In this document: piece after piece, positions 41,665-54,406 of the stretch
Numbering within the stretch: the first letter of the stretch is position 1
How the letters are laid out: the number at the start of each line of letters is the position of its first letter
NCBI GenBank assembly: GCA_025201805.1
Contig: MU619266.1
Location: forward strand, 62,001-126,000
Direction of reading: 5' to 3'
DNA length: 64,000 nucleotides
DNA from: Parasitella parasitica NRRL 2501
Taxonomy: Eukaryota > Fungi > Mucoromycota
Program-made: the position numbers and the translations under genes
The notes under the pieces: generated by a model
Database searches by the model: none
Told to the model about the DNA's origin: nothing
The model's input: only the letters and a program-made list of their open reading frames with translations

Positions 41665-42016
41665 ATTTGTAACACAAGTCATCTTGTGTTATTATCAAGA
41701 AAACGAAGCATAAAATCAAGAATTTTCTCCAGCTGCAAAAAAAAAAAGCAGGAATTCCAAATGGTCATGTATAAAACATAGATGTAATGTTAGATTATGC
41801 ACATACCCAGGCTTTCCATGTCTCGATACCTTTAACTCTGCTACAGTAATACTTGGATCGATGACAAGGTTCAATATCCGAATGCTCGTCTAAGCTCCAC
41901 GTTTCCTAGCAACCCCATTTATTTTTTACAATCACAAGGAAACGGTTCAAAAATAATAATAAATAAGCAATCATTTGAAAGAGCTCTGTCCTTCTTCCCT
42001 TTCCTTTATATATAAA

Positions 42017-43334
42017 ATGTTGGCTACTACCGAGAATGACAAAACCACAGCAAATAACGTCTGGGATTCTAAAACACAGACATTCCACGGTGGTCAGGAG
42101 CATCGTTTTATCAGTAATTTTGTAGAAGATTTCAGTGTCACTACCAATTACCTTGGCACTCCACGTAAAGCACTTGAGGCAGCCAAAGAAGCTGTAAGTA
42201 GTTTGTTTGTAGGCACGATTTCATACCAACAATTCTAAACATGTGCTTAACTTTAGATTAGCGATATTCATCATTATCCGGCTGCTAACCAAGAGCCCGC
42301 AAAATCTTGTTTGGCTGAATTTTTATGGGGATCTGCCTATGCCGAGCACCATGCAAGGTTATTGATGGGTAATGGAGCCTCTGAATTGATTGATTTGGTT
42401 GTACGGAAAACTCTTTCGTCCTGTGAGCAGAGAGGCATCAAAAAGCCCACATGGAAGGGTAGCCCGTGGAACGTGCAGGTTAGTAGCATCAGGGCCAGTT
42501 AATTAATTGTCGGCTAATACATGATCTAGTACAGAGAATATCAGCGCAGCGCAGAGACAAATGGATTTGAGATTTTGGACCCTTCCAACCCAGAAAAGGC
42601 AGATATCGTTTGTATTGTGAATCCCTGCAATCCTACGGGAGACTATTTCTCGGTCGAGCCTTTAAAGCAATGGATTAGAAACAATGTGAATTCAAACGGC
42701 TGTGTCATTGTTGGTAAGTTCTTTTGGACTGTGGCATCTAACACTGGTACTGATTTGCTGGAGAAAAGACGAGTCGATGCAGCCTTGGCATTCTGCTGAT
42801 TTTAGAAAAGATTCACTCATTTCAGAACATGCTTATGCTAGAGAAATGTTTGAAAATGAGGGTGTGTCGGTCCATGTCATGCATTCATGGACAAAGATCT
42901 GGTCTTGCACTGGTCTTCGTGTGGGATCAGTTATTTGTCCAACAGCAGAACACTGTGAAGCATTGCGTAAAATTCAGGTACCTTGGTCGGTCAATGGTCC
43001 CGCATTAAAGTTTGTTGAAGCTGTCGTCAATGACGATGCGTACTTGCACGAGACTTGGTCAAATACAACTAGATTAAGAGCTTGGCTGATTAACCAACTC
43101 AAGACATTGGGTCACTCAGATTGGGAATATCATGGTAAAGAATTTTTAAGTTGGGTTTGGTTGGATATGAAGAATGAGAATCTGGCTGCCAAAGCTATTG
43201 AATTGGCTCGTGCGGCTGGTGTGCCTGTCAGAAGTGGTAAACCAGGCTATCAATGTAATTCGTTTGTTAGAGTAGCTGTTCGTAGAGAAGCTGAAGTTCA
43301 AGTACTTATTAATGCTTGGAAATCATTAAAATAA
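42017..43334 (+). CDS. PLP-dependent class I/II enzyme, CobD (Thr-phosphate decarboxylase)/HisC-like
   Basis: FHGGQ...DFSVTTNYLGTP, HHYP, MGNGASELI, NPCNPTG, VDES, PLP-lysine motif HSWTKIWSCTGLRVG, PWSVN, RVAVR. Confidence 0.85.
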
Positions 43335-43729
43335 ATCAGCATATTTGGCAACACTACAATAGCCATGTGTTTAATGTATATAATATTTACGAACTACTTT
43401 CCTCTCTCTCTTTCTCTCTTTCTCTCTCTCTCTTTCTCCCCCCCCCCTTCTCCATCAATTTAGCCTACATTCATCAAATACTATAATATGATTATATGAC
43501 GAAATAATGGTATGAGCGTCTCCTTTATTGAACATTATAATTAGCTTCGGTCTGCATCAAGGAGGGGGTACATAGCAATGGAATGAATGAAAGGGACATT
43601 TTTCATAAAATAATTGAGCACTCTACCGTCCAGACAGACATATCAATGCTACTCGTTAGGCAACAGAAGCAGACATATATAAAAGGGTACGAATGGAACC
43701 TTTCTTTCTGCTTTTGCTCTTTACAAACA

Positions 43730-44357
43730 ATGGTTACGATTCGATTTTACGCTATTTTACTAATTCTTGCGGCCAATAACATTTTATTCGCATCGACTGC
43801 GCCTCTTGATCGCCGTATGTTGAAAGCCTCCAAGCTGCTAAAGGGAGTCAAGGGAAAGCTATTTTCAGGCTCGGGTACATATTATCAAGTTGGGTCTGGC
43901 TCTTGTGGAACGTACGACACAAACAGCGAATTGGTAGTTGCAGTGAATAAAGCACAGATGGATAACGGTAATGTATTGTGCATTTACTAAAAGCACATGG
44001 CTGCCTGCTAATAAATGATTAAGGATCAAATCCCAATAATAATCCACGCTGTGACAAAATGGTTACAATTACTGGAGATAAAGGCACTGTTACCGCCAAA
44101 GTAGTCGACACATGTCCTGCATGTGCCAATGGTAAAACATATACTATTCAAAAATACCCGTCGTATAATAACGAAGCATCTAACACATTACACCTTTTTT
44201 TTTATATAGGAGCGTTAGACATGTCGCCAACTAGTAAGTTCAACGTGTCGCTGTTTGGTTTTTGAATTATATGCTCACGCATTATAACATAGCATTCAAA
44301 AAGGTTTGCGGCGATCTAGCAGAAGGTGTCTGCAATATCAACTGGAAGTTCTTGTAA
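43730..44357 (+). CDS. Secreted RlpA-like double-psi beta-barrel (expansin/loosenin-like) protein
   Basis: Signal peptide, then SGSGTYYQVGSGSCG, VVAVN, NPNNNPRC, AKVVDTCPAC, LDMSP, GVCNINWKFL*; three introns. Confidence 0.88.
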
Positions 44358-44555
44358 AACAAAAGCAGGGTTTCAATCTATTTGTTTGTTCCTCATCGAA
44401 GAATCACATCAAGTTACTTCCTCGCCAAATTTCACCGCTGTAAAACCTTGGCTTGGCAGGATATATTTGTTCATTTTACATACAGTTACACTCTCGTTCT
44501 TTTCATTTCATATTTTCATAACCATCTATAAAATACTTTATATCATATATTTAGC

Positions 44556-45530
44556 ATGTCTAAACGTAATACGAGAGACCATGTAAATATATGGAAGAAA
44601 GTGCCCCACAGAATAAAAAGTCTTTTGAAAAAAGACGAATTATTCGATCCAACATCTCCACCTCCGATGTCCATTTACACCAAGCAAAAGACTTCGTCGT
44701 CTTTAATTTATCGCATATTTTCAACAAAAAGTAAGAACAAGACAATCATTCAGTTAAAAGAGCATCAATGGGATCATCCGCCCTCAGATGTCACAGAGTT
44801 GGAATTGTATCCGTCGTCCACTGAAGTGCCAATGAGAACAAATTTAATGTCATTTTTCAATTCGTCTCAACAACAGCAACGACAGCAACAGTATGGCTGG
44901 TCCAGTAAATCTTCCACAATAGACGAATTTAGCAGGATCTATGTGGCTACACTTCAGAAAATTCGATTGTTTAACCATTATTCCATGGAGCAACAAGTTA
45001 GTATTCATCGTATTCTAAGCTATATTCAGCATCAAAAGCAAAGGCCTCTCTTGTGTCGTGGTGCTTATCAACGTGATTTCAATTCCATTCTATCTGGAAG
45101 ATCCATGATTGCAGATTCAATACTGTTGAATAACAATAGAAAGCCTAGACGAACTCGATACATATTCATGCTACTCAGTACACCTGCCGCTCTTGTCACA
45201 AACAAGATACACCCAGTAACTGCTGCTCTTTCAAAACTACGTAGACCCTACGCTGAAACCTATTCTGTCATTCCGGCAGGTGATAATGATGAACAAGAGG
45301 AGAAGCCGTCTGTGGTAAATGCGGCCAATAAGAAAGCTTGCAGTTTCGTTCCTGCAGATTACCTTTTGGATCCAGCCTCATTATTTTGCGCAAATACTGC
45401 AACTGGGGACACTCATCGGCTCGGAACAAAACATGATGGTGATACAAGCATTACTACAGTACCATCATTGTCATCCGAACACTACGATTTGAAGAATATT
45501 ATGGCGAAAATACAGATCCAAACAAACTAA
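44556..45530 (+). CDS. Hypothetical protein (324 aa)
   Basis: Long single ORF followed by AATAAA-type 3' signals; no domain recognised with confidence. Confidence 0.6.
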   Translation: MSKRNTRDHVNIWKKVPHRIKSLLKKDELFDPTSPPPMSIYTKQKTSSSLIYRIFSTKSKNKTIIQLKEHQWDHPPSDVTELELYPSSTEVPMRTNLMSFFNSSQQQQRQQQYGWSSKSSTIDEFSRIYVATLQKIRLFNHYSMEQQVSIHRILSYIQHQKQRPLLCRGAYQRDFNSILSGRSMIADSILLNNNRKPRRTRYIFMLLSTPAALVTNKIHPVTAALSKLRRPYAETYSVIPAGDNDEQEEKPSVVNAANKKACSFVPADYLLDPASLFCANTATGDTHRLGTKHDGDTSITTVPSLSSEHYDLKNIMAKIQIQTN

Positions 45531-45886
45531 TTGACAAAGAAAGGGCGTTGATCGCCCATTAATATTGAGAATCATTTTGAAAATAAAAATAAAGTGCAAT
45601 GTTTTCATGTATTATTCCTGTTTTTGTAATGGTTACACTTGTGAATAGACAGCTGATTTGAGCTCACAGACTTTTTACATGGAAAAGGAAAGGAGAGCGA
45701 GAGGCAAAACAACAATAACAATAATAAAATAACCTTGATTTGGTGCGGTTTAATCTTAAAAATTACTTTATGTTTTTAAAATTTAAATTGGTCGGGTCAA
45801 TCACTATAAAAAGCTTTTTACTACTTTTAATTTTACTATTTTTCTTTTATTTTTTATCATTATTTTTACAGCAACAGAATAAACTA

Positions 45887-46430
45887 ATGGATTCCAGAAA
45901 ATATCAGCTCTTTAAAACTGAAATGTGTAGAAATTGGCAAGAAATGGGCGAATGCAGGCAAGTTGTATTATTAAAAAAGTATAATCCCTGCCCTAACATT
46001 TACAGCCCATAGGTATGCAAGAAAATGTCGGTTTGCCCACGGCCACCAAGAGCTTCGGTGTGTTCAAAGACATGCTAGGTACAAGACAGAAATCTGCAGA
46101 ACTTTTCATCTAACAGGTACCTGCTTGTACGGCGTTCGCTGTACATTTATACATGATGAACAGCCGTATCTTCATGATGCCTCTTCCAATTCTTCAATAT
46201 CATCCTCATGTAGCACATCTTCATCTCCACTAGTAACAGCTATCTCTCATAATTCTTTCCTTTATTACCCTAATAGCAATGACCTCGCCACGTGGAAGAA
46301 CCCCATGTTTGCGAAACTAGAATCGAGCAATATTTGGTCATCGCCTAGCAATTCATCATCATTTGATCGACGCCTTTCTTCATCTTCTTCATCTAGTGCA
46401 TCCTCATTGTCAATTATGGCCTTTATTTAA
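45887..46430 (+). CDS. Tandem CCCH zinc-finger mRNA-decay protein (TIS11/ZFP36/Cth-like)
   Basis: FKTEMCRNWQEMGECR|YARKCRFAH and YKTEICRTFHLTGTCLYGVRCTFIH (two C-x8-C-x5-C-x3-H fingers); GC-AG intron at 45958-46012. Confidence 0.92.
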
Positions 46431-47369
46431 ACAGTATATATAGTACATGCTAATAAATTTATACATATCCAGCTTTATTCACATTAAATCATATCAATAA
46501 TAAACATGGCTCTTTAACAATAACGTTATTTTTAGCTTTTGGATATAAAAATATCAAGATCTCTACTTGATGTTTTGGGCATTATTTTCAATAGCCCAAA
46601 GGAGTTCATTTTTGTATAAATATATATATCACTTTTAAGGAGTGCTCATGTTGATCAAGCATCTACATCGATAGTCATGGCCAAACTTAATGTCAATTGC
46701 ATGTTTTATAAAGTTTGGGAGCTTCGTATCATGTATTTCGCTATATATCGAGAAATATCATGTGAGTACATTGGTGGGGTTACCATACAAGTAAAAAAAA
46801 TAAATTAGAGGAATAGTATGCATTATTAAGGAGTGATGCAGGGTCAAAAGAGGCGTTTAGTCCTTATTATTTAGCCAGGATCAAACTTAAACAGCCTTAT
46901 TTCCTGCTAGACATAATAGTACACCCTCACCATCGTTATCATCTAACCCGAGCATCTTGTGCTCTGGTAGCAATTGCAATTATGCTATGATATACATGGT
47001 ATTTGCGTATACACACAGGTATGAATCTGCTGGTTTGAGACACTCCACATGTTCTACATACTGCTTAATTACAATCAAAATTATGCAGCAGCCCACAGCC
47101 AAAGATTGAAAAGGTCCGAGCGATTAATATCCTCCCTTTTTTTTTTAATTTCTCACAAATCCATGTGAATTGAGCTTGCTATATACTTGCTGTGTATGTG
47201 CCTAAAAATATTTTTATATAATAGCATAAGGAGACATAGTATAAAAAGGAGGTCTATCACACTGAGCTTGAGCGTGAATCGGGTTTTGGTTATCCGATGC
47301 TGCTTCCAGTCAGGAACTCAACTATAATGCCCCCAATGTCAAATAGCACTTTTTGAAAGCATCTTACGC

Positions 47370-48130
47370 TCTTCAACCTCTCAATTGGCGCTTTTTAAAG
47401 ATTTGAAAGGCCAGCAGATGAGGACTGAAGGTATTTTGGGCTATGTAATGTGCCCATAATTGTACTTTCGGCTTGTTTAGCGCAACTAATGAAAGCAGCT
47501 GCTGTGGATTGTACATTAAGAAACACAATTGTGATAGAGGGAAAAGGCACAAGGTATAAGGTAAAAAACCCAAGATAGGAAGGGTGGTGTGTGAAATAAT
47601 GAGGGCTCTAAATGGGACCTACAATAGGCGGAATAGCCTGATGATTGCTGTGATAATTACATTAGAATGAAACCTTGGATTTCCGAAAAGTATGCAGAAG
47701 GAAGCAGTAATTTGAGAAAGAAAGGATGAAATACAATGTCGTTTTGCATAAGACAAGTTTCTCATTTTCTAGTCGATGTTGGTTTTGGAGCATTCTGTTG
47801 AATAGGTATCAAGCGATGACATAGAGATCAGCCGCTTCAATGAGCGAGATGTCATGTTAAATTCTGTTGATGTAGAAGGAAATTGTGGAATACCTAGCAT
47901 AGGTACATGAAGAGCAGTAATAGGATCGAGAGTGAATTCTACCTCTGTTCTAGCATATGAGGGTTTGTAAAATCAGGACAGTAGTGGTGCTAGCGGGGAG
48001 AAGGAGGACCATAATTCTAGCAAGTTTGTGGTTGAATGGCATGATGACATGAAATCAGGATTCAGTTGAAAGGGAGTGTGAGTATTATGTATGTAAGATT
48101 CCAATGTGCGTTGCAAGTAGAAAGATGACT
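47370..48130 (-). mobile_element. Possible highly decayed non-LTR retrotransposon fragment
   Basis: Stop-interrupted, C/T-rich minus-strand peptides (TLDPITALHVPMLGI, VFHPFFLKLLLP, CFLMYNP...QLW) loosely recall the post-RT region of fungal LINEs. Confidence 0.35.
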
Positions 48131-48640
48131 GAAGAAAAGATTATACGCTTAATTTTTTGCTGTTTTATGAGAATGTAATCCATGATTTCAATTTCGGTGC
48201 CCAGAGTCAAGCTAAAACACATATATGAGCATTAAAATATTCTTCTTTAAGCATTTAATATATAGAGTGAATCAAGAATATTTGTCTTTGCATTATCATT
48301 CAAGCCCAAAGTCTTTTCAATTCATGAGTTACATGTTAATGCACTATGCAGATTCAAAACGAAAAGTTGAGATGAAGAAAATTTAGTGTTGCCCTCAAGG
48401 AAATACAGTGTGCAGTTTACTGCTTACAAGACGTATTTCTGGCATTTATACCACGCTTGATAATACTTGATCCTATTACAAACAATTACCAACACATCTC
48501 ATTGCTCAGCTGATCGTCTTCTCGCCTTTCAACGTGACTCCTAGGAGGCTCCCTCAAGGTAAAGCTGCTTGTGTTCTTTGTATTTTCGTGTATTACTTTT
48601 TTTTCTTTACACAAATATTAAAATATACGCACAACGAACT

Positions 48641-51600
48641 ATGACAGACGTAAATGAAAGCATTCAAATCATGTTCATCTGATGACTAATTTGTGTACAT
48701 CTTAGATCCCTGTTAAGCGTAAAAGAGTTACAGCAGACATCTTATCGTTTACTGACGCCAACGCCATTGTGTCTAATAAGAACAATGGTAAAATATTTCA
48801 TAGAGCCTTTGAGCCTTGAATACAGATGCACCATCTAACTTTCATAGTACACGTAGAAAAAATAAAGCAGATCGAGGCGCTAGTGAACAAACTTGAATTT
48901 GAAAAAACAACTTTGGAGTCGAAAATCAAATATGCAGCCATTTCTCATAAAAAGGAACTGGAGGAAAAGGTTAAAACCATATCTGAACTTGTAGAATCAA
49001 AAGCCGTACGTATGCGACTTTTATTGTTTTGTATTGAATGTTCATTTCATCTTTCCATAAAGGATGACCAAAAACGAGCTATATATCATAACGAGCGTTA
49101 CAAGGAAGCAACAAAAACATTGGCCACCATGAAAGAAAAACACAATTTTGTAGCTGTAGGATTTGCTTTGATATTCAAACGTACAGTTTTACTTATTTTG
49201 CATTCTAGAATGAATTAAGAGAACAATTGGAAATATGCAGATCAAAAATAGATGCACTAGAATCTTCATTAAACCAAAAGACAAACGAGTTAGCGAGATC
49301 TGTATATTCTGAAAGTGACAAGACAAGACAAATGTCATCAGAAATCAGTAATTTGAACATGGAAGTCGAAAGTTTAAAGCAAGAAGTAAGCCTTGATTCA
49401 ATAATTAGCAAATATTTATCTGATCCGCATACATAGAAACAAGAGAAATCTATTAGAATTGAAGAAGGATTACTGCGCGAACACAAACTAACAGACAAGA
49501 TCAATAGCTTAGAACAACAGATCCATGATGTATCAGCATACCCTACTAATCCACAAGCGTATCAACAGTTAGAAGCCGAATATCAAAGTAAGTATGCAAG
49601 TGTGCTATTTGACTTGAAGCAAAACACATCTAAGAGTCGTCAGGTATATCAAAACGGGCACTTGATCTCGAATCAGAAAATGATAAACTTGCTCGTGAAT
49701 TGAAACACTATAAAGGAATTTCGCAAAATATTGAGTTGCTTCGGGCAGAGAAGGAGAGTTTGTCACAGCAATTAACAGCAGTTGATAAAATACGCGAAAC
49801 CAATTTTCAATTAGAAGTGGACAATATCAAGTTGAGAGCCGAGAGAGCGGCATGGACATCTTATTTGGAGTCTCAACCCGACTTGAACTCACAATCTCCT
49901 GAAAGCATTATATACGGACTTACCAAACAGGCAGAAAGAGCTAGCATTCTCAGACGATCCATTGAGCAATACCAATCGCAAAGTAAAAACCAATTGAGTG
50001 TCATCACAAGCTTGGAAGAACACATGAACGAGCTGAAAAAGACAATTGTTCAAGGTGAATGTGTACATGCCACTGATGTCGCTGCTCGAGATATTCTGAT
50101 CAAGAGCACTGATTCTTTCAAAAGACATATTTCTACCTTGGAGGGCCAATTAGCCATGTACGACCAAGCAGAGATGTTTGAAACAGGTGCAACTAGCTAT
50201 GACCAAGCCAAAGCAAAGCGTATTCAGGAATTGGAAGAGCTACTAAGAGCCCATGAACACCAAATTGCATGTCAAGCTCAAGAATTAGTACAAGAAAAAA
50301 CCAAGCATAGCAGTACCCTGCCCTCCGTACAAATAAGTGATGGCCCTTTCGAGAAATTAGAATCTGGTGTACGCTTATCCAAGCTGTTATCTGAGCTGGC
50401 TGCCAAAGAAGATAAACTGGTGCGGGATCTAGAAGAGAAAACCGTCAATGAGACATTGCTACAAAGGCAGGTTCAATCAGCAAAGGAACAAATTGAACAA
50501 ATGCGCAAATCTATTGAGGATCAAGAAAAACAGACTCACATCCTTACTCCAACCGCCGCCTCTGAAACAATGAAAGGGCCAAAAAAAGACAAAGAAGTAT
50601 TGCCTACTAATGATCAAATAATAGTATCAGACAAGCAACCCGTCTGTGATGAACCTAACGTTCGAATTTTGGAATTGCTTGACAATCCTGCGTCAAAAGA
50701 TCTTGCTATCCGTACCAGCCTACTTGATCGTCTCAAGAAGGAAAATGCAGACCTTTTAAACCAAGTCAGATCCACTCATACGGATACTGATGTAGTCACT
50801 GTACCTAAATCCACTCTTTCCAATTTGGAGGCGAAAAACCAAGAGCTCCAGGCTGCTTTGCAATCCCGCGAAAAGCGTATTGACCGTCTCCATAGTGTCT
50901 GGGAGGCCAAAGTGAACGAGACTAGCTCCCAAATTCGTCAGTTACTAGGATACAATGTCATTTTCCGCAATGATGGTGTTACCCGCTTAGAAAGTATTCT
51001 TGTTGATCCCACAGAGTTGGCTTTTAATGTTAAAATTGGTGATGCACATGGTGAGTCTGAAAGGGGTATGCTCCGTATGGTGGGTTCCAAAAAGGAACAC
51101 TTTATGCAACAATTAGAGGATATATACCGTGTTTATATCATTCAAGATCGCAACATTCCTGCCTTTTTGAATGCTGCTGCTCAGGAATTCTATGTGGATG
51201 CTAAACAACAACAAGAAATAGAGGAAGAAGAGGATGTGTTTATGGAAGAAGAAGAGACAGAATATGATGAAGGTTTTGAACCATATGATGAGGAGACTCG
51301 TATGCATGGCGACCCTGTAGATGATGAAAATACTGACAATGGAAACATTGTTAGAAATGATTTTATTTATGCGAATGGAGGCGAAGACGAAGACGAGGAC
51401 AAAGTCGATGAGAATGAGGATGGAAATCAAAATGAAAATGGGGAAATTGAATATGCCGACGACGGTGGTGAAGGTGATGAAGATGGCGGGGACGAGGACG
51501 AGAATGAAGATGAAGATGAAGATGAAGATGAAGATGAGAATGAAGACGACGATGAAGATGAAGATGTAGATGAAGGTGAAGATGAGGATGATGATGAAGA

Positions 51601-51715
51601 TGATATGGAACAGGAAGATATAGACGAGGAAGATTTTGATTGTTTATCGCAAAACTCTGGACAGGTTGCTGCGTCTCAGATTTTTATTATCGATGATGAT
51701 GAAGAGGATGATTAA
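48641..51715 (+). CDS. MAD1: Spindle assembly checkpoint protein Mad1 with long acidic tail
   Basis: Long coiled coil (NIELLRAEKESL, LRAERAAW), Mad2-interaction-like RILELLDNPAS, KRIDRLHSVW...IRQLLGYNV and IPAFLNAAAQE (RWD-like end), then a D/E-rich tail. Confidence 0.85.
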
Positions 51716-52179
51716 TAAATCAGATTGATAATAATAACTAGAACTAAACAATCTTCTTTTTCACGGACATAATACAAGCGAGATATCAGATGGTGGTGGC
51801 TTTTTTATTTCTTGCTGGTAAATATACACAGTAAGAAATAATTTATTTTCTTTACATCGGAATGTATGATGCGAATATTTTTTCAAAGTGGGCTTGCCAA
51901 GCAATTATACCTTTCTTCATGAAGATATTTTATTCTGCTCAACCCTCATTATGATTTCGATCAGCTAAACTATGATTACTACTTCTATGAATATTTTGAT
52001 CTCATTGCATTTTGCCCATCATTTGAACAATTAAGAAAGCACCGTAGTGGCTCATTAGATTTTTAATGAAGCCGTGGAACTGCATGAAGGACCGACTCCG
52101 CATTAGTCCATGGGGGCTATGCAAAAAAAAATCTATAAAAATTGACATGTTCTTTTTCCATCAACCCCACAAATTGGCA

Positions 52180-53640
52180 ATGAAAACATCAACCATCGCA
52201 CTCATTTCTACTGCAGTTATCGCTTCATTTGGTATTGGATTTGTGGTCTATTATGACTGCAAAAGAAGAAGCGATCCTCAATTCAAAAAGCAACAAAGTA
52301 AATCAAACCCTTTAAATATATCAATTACCAACTCACTAATGCTAAAAAAAAAAAACTAGAACGCGAGCGCAAGAAGGCTGCCAAGCAAGAAAAGCTAAAA
52401 AAAGGGCAAGAACTTTCCAGTGTTGAGGCATTGATTGCTTCAGTCTTGAAGTCTGTTGCCGAGGAAGACTTTCCGGAATCTAGTCAAGAGAAGGAAGCTT
52501 ACTTCATGGAAAAGGTTGCTTTGGGCGAGTCATTGTGCAAAGAAGGCCGTGATGATGATGCAGTTTTACCCTTTTACGAGGCACTCAAAATATATCCTGC
52601 ACCTTTGGAGCTGATCATGATGTATCAAAAAACTGTACCCGAAAAGGTATTCCGTATTATTGTTAATTTGATGTCTGTGGAGCAACAAAAACGACACTCT
52701 GACTTCTACGATCACTTCCCCCCTACTGAATTGCATATCAAATTATTACCATTCAAGCAAGACGACAAGACTAAGCATCAACTCGTTGCTGATAGAGACT
52801 TTGACCAAGGCGAGGTTGTATACGTTGAGGCGCCTCTGATTTCAGCACTTAATCCTCAATTTGAGGGCTCCTACTGCAATTTTTGCATGAAGAAACTGAT
52901 AGAAAAAGTTGAATGCAAGAACTGCGATCAAGTCGCTTTTTGTAGTAGAGAATGCGAAACCAAAGCAAATCAGCAATACCACTCCTTTTTGTGTTGCAAC
53001 TCTAAGCTTACTCCAGATAACAAGGCAATGGAATTCAATGCTTTTGCTAAAACCAACAATGTGAAATACCCTCAAATGATTGCTCAGTTTTTATCAAGTA
53101 TGGTTTTTGAAGAACTGGAAAAGGGTAAATTGGGAAAAGACGCACCTTTTTACAGTGCTTGGGATCACATTGAACGCTTTAATCAGCAAGAACTGGAGGC
53201 TAATGAGGATACAGCCAAGGAAACCAATATGATCAAGGAGTTGTTGGCATCCAAGGTCCCTGGTATCGACGAGTTTTTATCTGATGAAATCTACTTGATG
53301 CTCAAAGGAAAAATGAATGAAAACGCATTCAAGATCCATGCCTTAGACCTCGGTACAGAGGTAAGCTCTTTTTTTCTTTCTTTTTTACGCAAATTGTCGT
53401 CAATCTGCAAAGCTAACTGCTTGAATATGGTAGAAATGTACAGAACCCGCACGTTCATTGAATGTTGGGTCGACGGGGTTGGGCTCTTCTCTTTATAAAA
53501 TCTCAACATTTGTTGGAAAATCAGATGATCTAGACGATGCCAATATCTTGCTTGAATTCAAAGATAATTCAAATGTTTTGACAGCAACAGTAGTTAAGGA
53601 TATCAAAAAGGGTGATGAAATTAGAGCTTTTTATGCTTAA
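52180..53640 (+). CDS. Tom20 (MAS20) receptor fused to a MYND-finger/split SET domain
   Basis: TM anchor plus YYDCKRRSDPQFKK; EKEAYFMEKVALGESL; FYEALKIYPAPLELIMMYQKTVP; then LVADRDFDQGEVVYVEAPL, CNFC...CKNC...FCSREC...HSFLC, GSSLYKIS...KDIKKGDEIRAFY. Introns ~52298-52359 and ~53361-53433. Confidence 0.88.
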
Positions 53641-54055
53641 TTACACGAATAAAAATACTGATTTGAATTATGAATAAAGGCAAGTATTATTTCCTGAGAG
53701 TGGGGATGTAGATGAGCAACAGGAAGGATCACCACCTCGGTCCGGAGATTCGCATATCTCGAACAGGCGGGATTTTTGTTTTGCTGTATGAAGGTATAGT
53801 TTTTAAGCGAGAGGAGTGGGGAGGAAAAGCAGCAAGGCATTGCAGAGTCCATGAACGGCCTCTTTTCATCTACAACCTTGTGTATGTGTTAACAAAATGG
53901 AAAGCATCATCTTGAATATTGGCTACATTATCCAATGCTCACAATAAACGATGGATGGATGAGTCGATCTGGATAGATGATGCTTTTTTTTTTACTAGAC
54001 TTTCTTGGATGCATTAGACAACTAACAAGTGAATTCATGTACATAGTTACTAGCA

Positions 54056-54358
54056 ATGGGTCGTGTTATTCGTGCTCAGAGAAAGGGTGCTGGAAGTATC
54101 TTCCGCTCCCACACCGTTGGCCGTAAGGGTGCTGCCAAGCTCAGAGTCTTTGATTTTGCTGAACGTCATGGCTATGTCCGTGGTATTGTCAAAGATATTG
54201 TCCATGATCCCGGAAGAGGTGCTCCTCTTGCTAAGGTAAGATTTTCTTTGACAACGACAGTTTAGCATTTTGTGTTAATATTGATTTTAGGTTGTTTTCC
54301 GTGATCCTTACAAGTATGTATTTATTCTGGCCAGATTTAGGTTCCATAAAATGATAGA

Positions 54359-54406
<48 letters not shown>

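Noticed and set aside
8337-43334. A physical B12 gene cluster (CBA1-like plus CobD-like)
   Set aside because: The genes are ~32 kb apart with unrelated housekeeping genes between them; there is no evidence of clustering.
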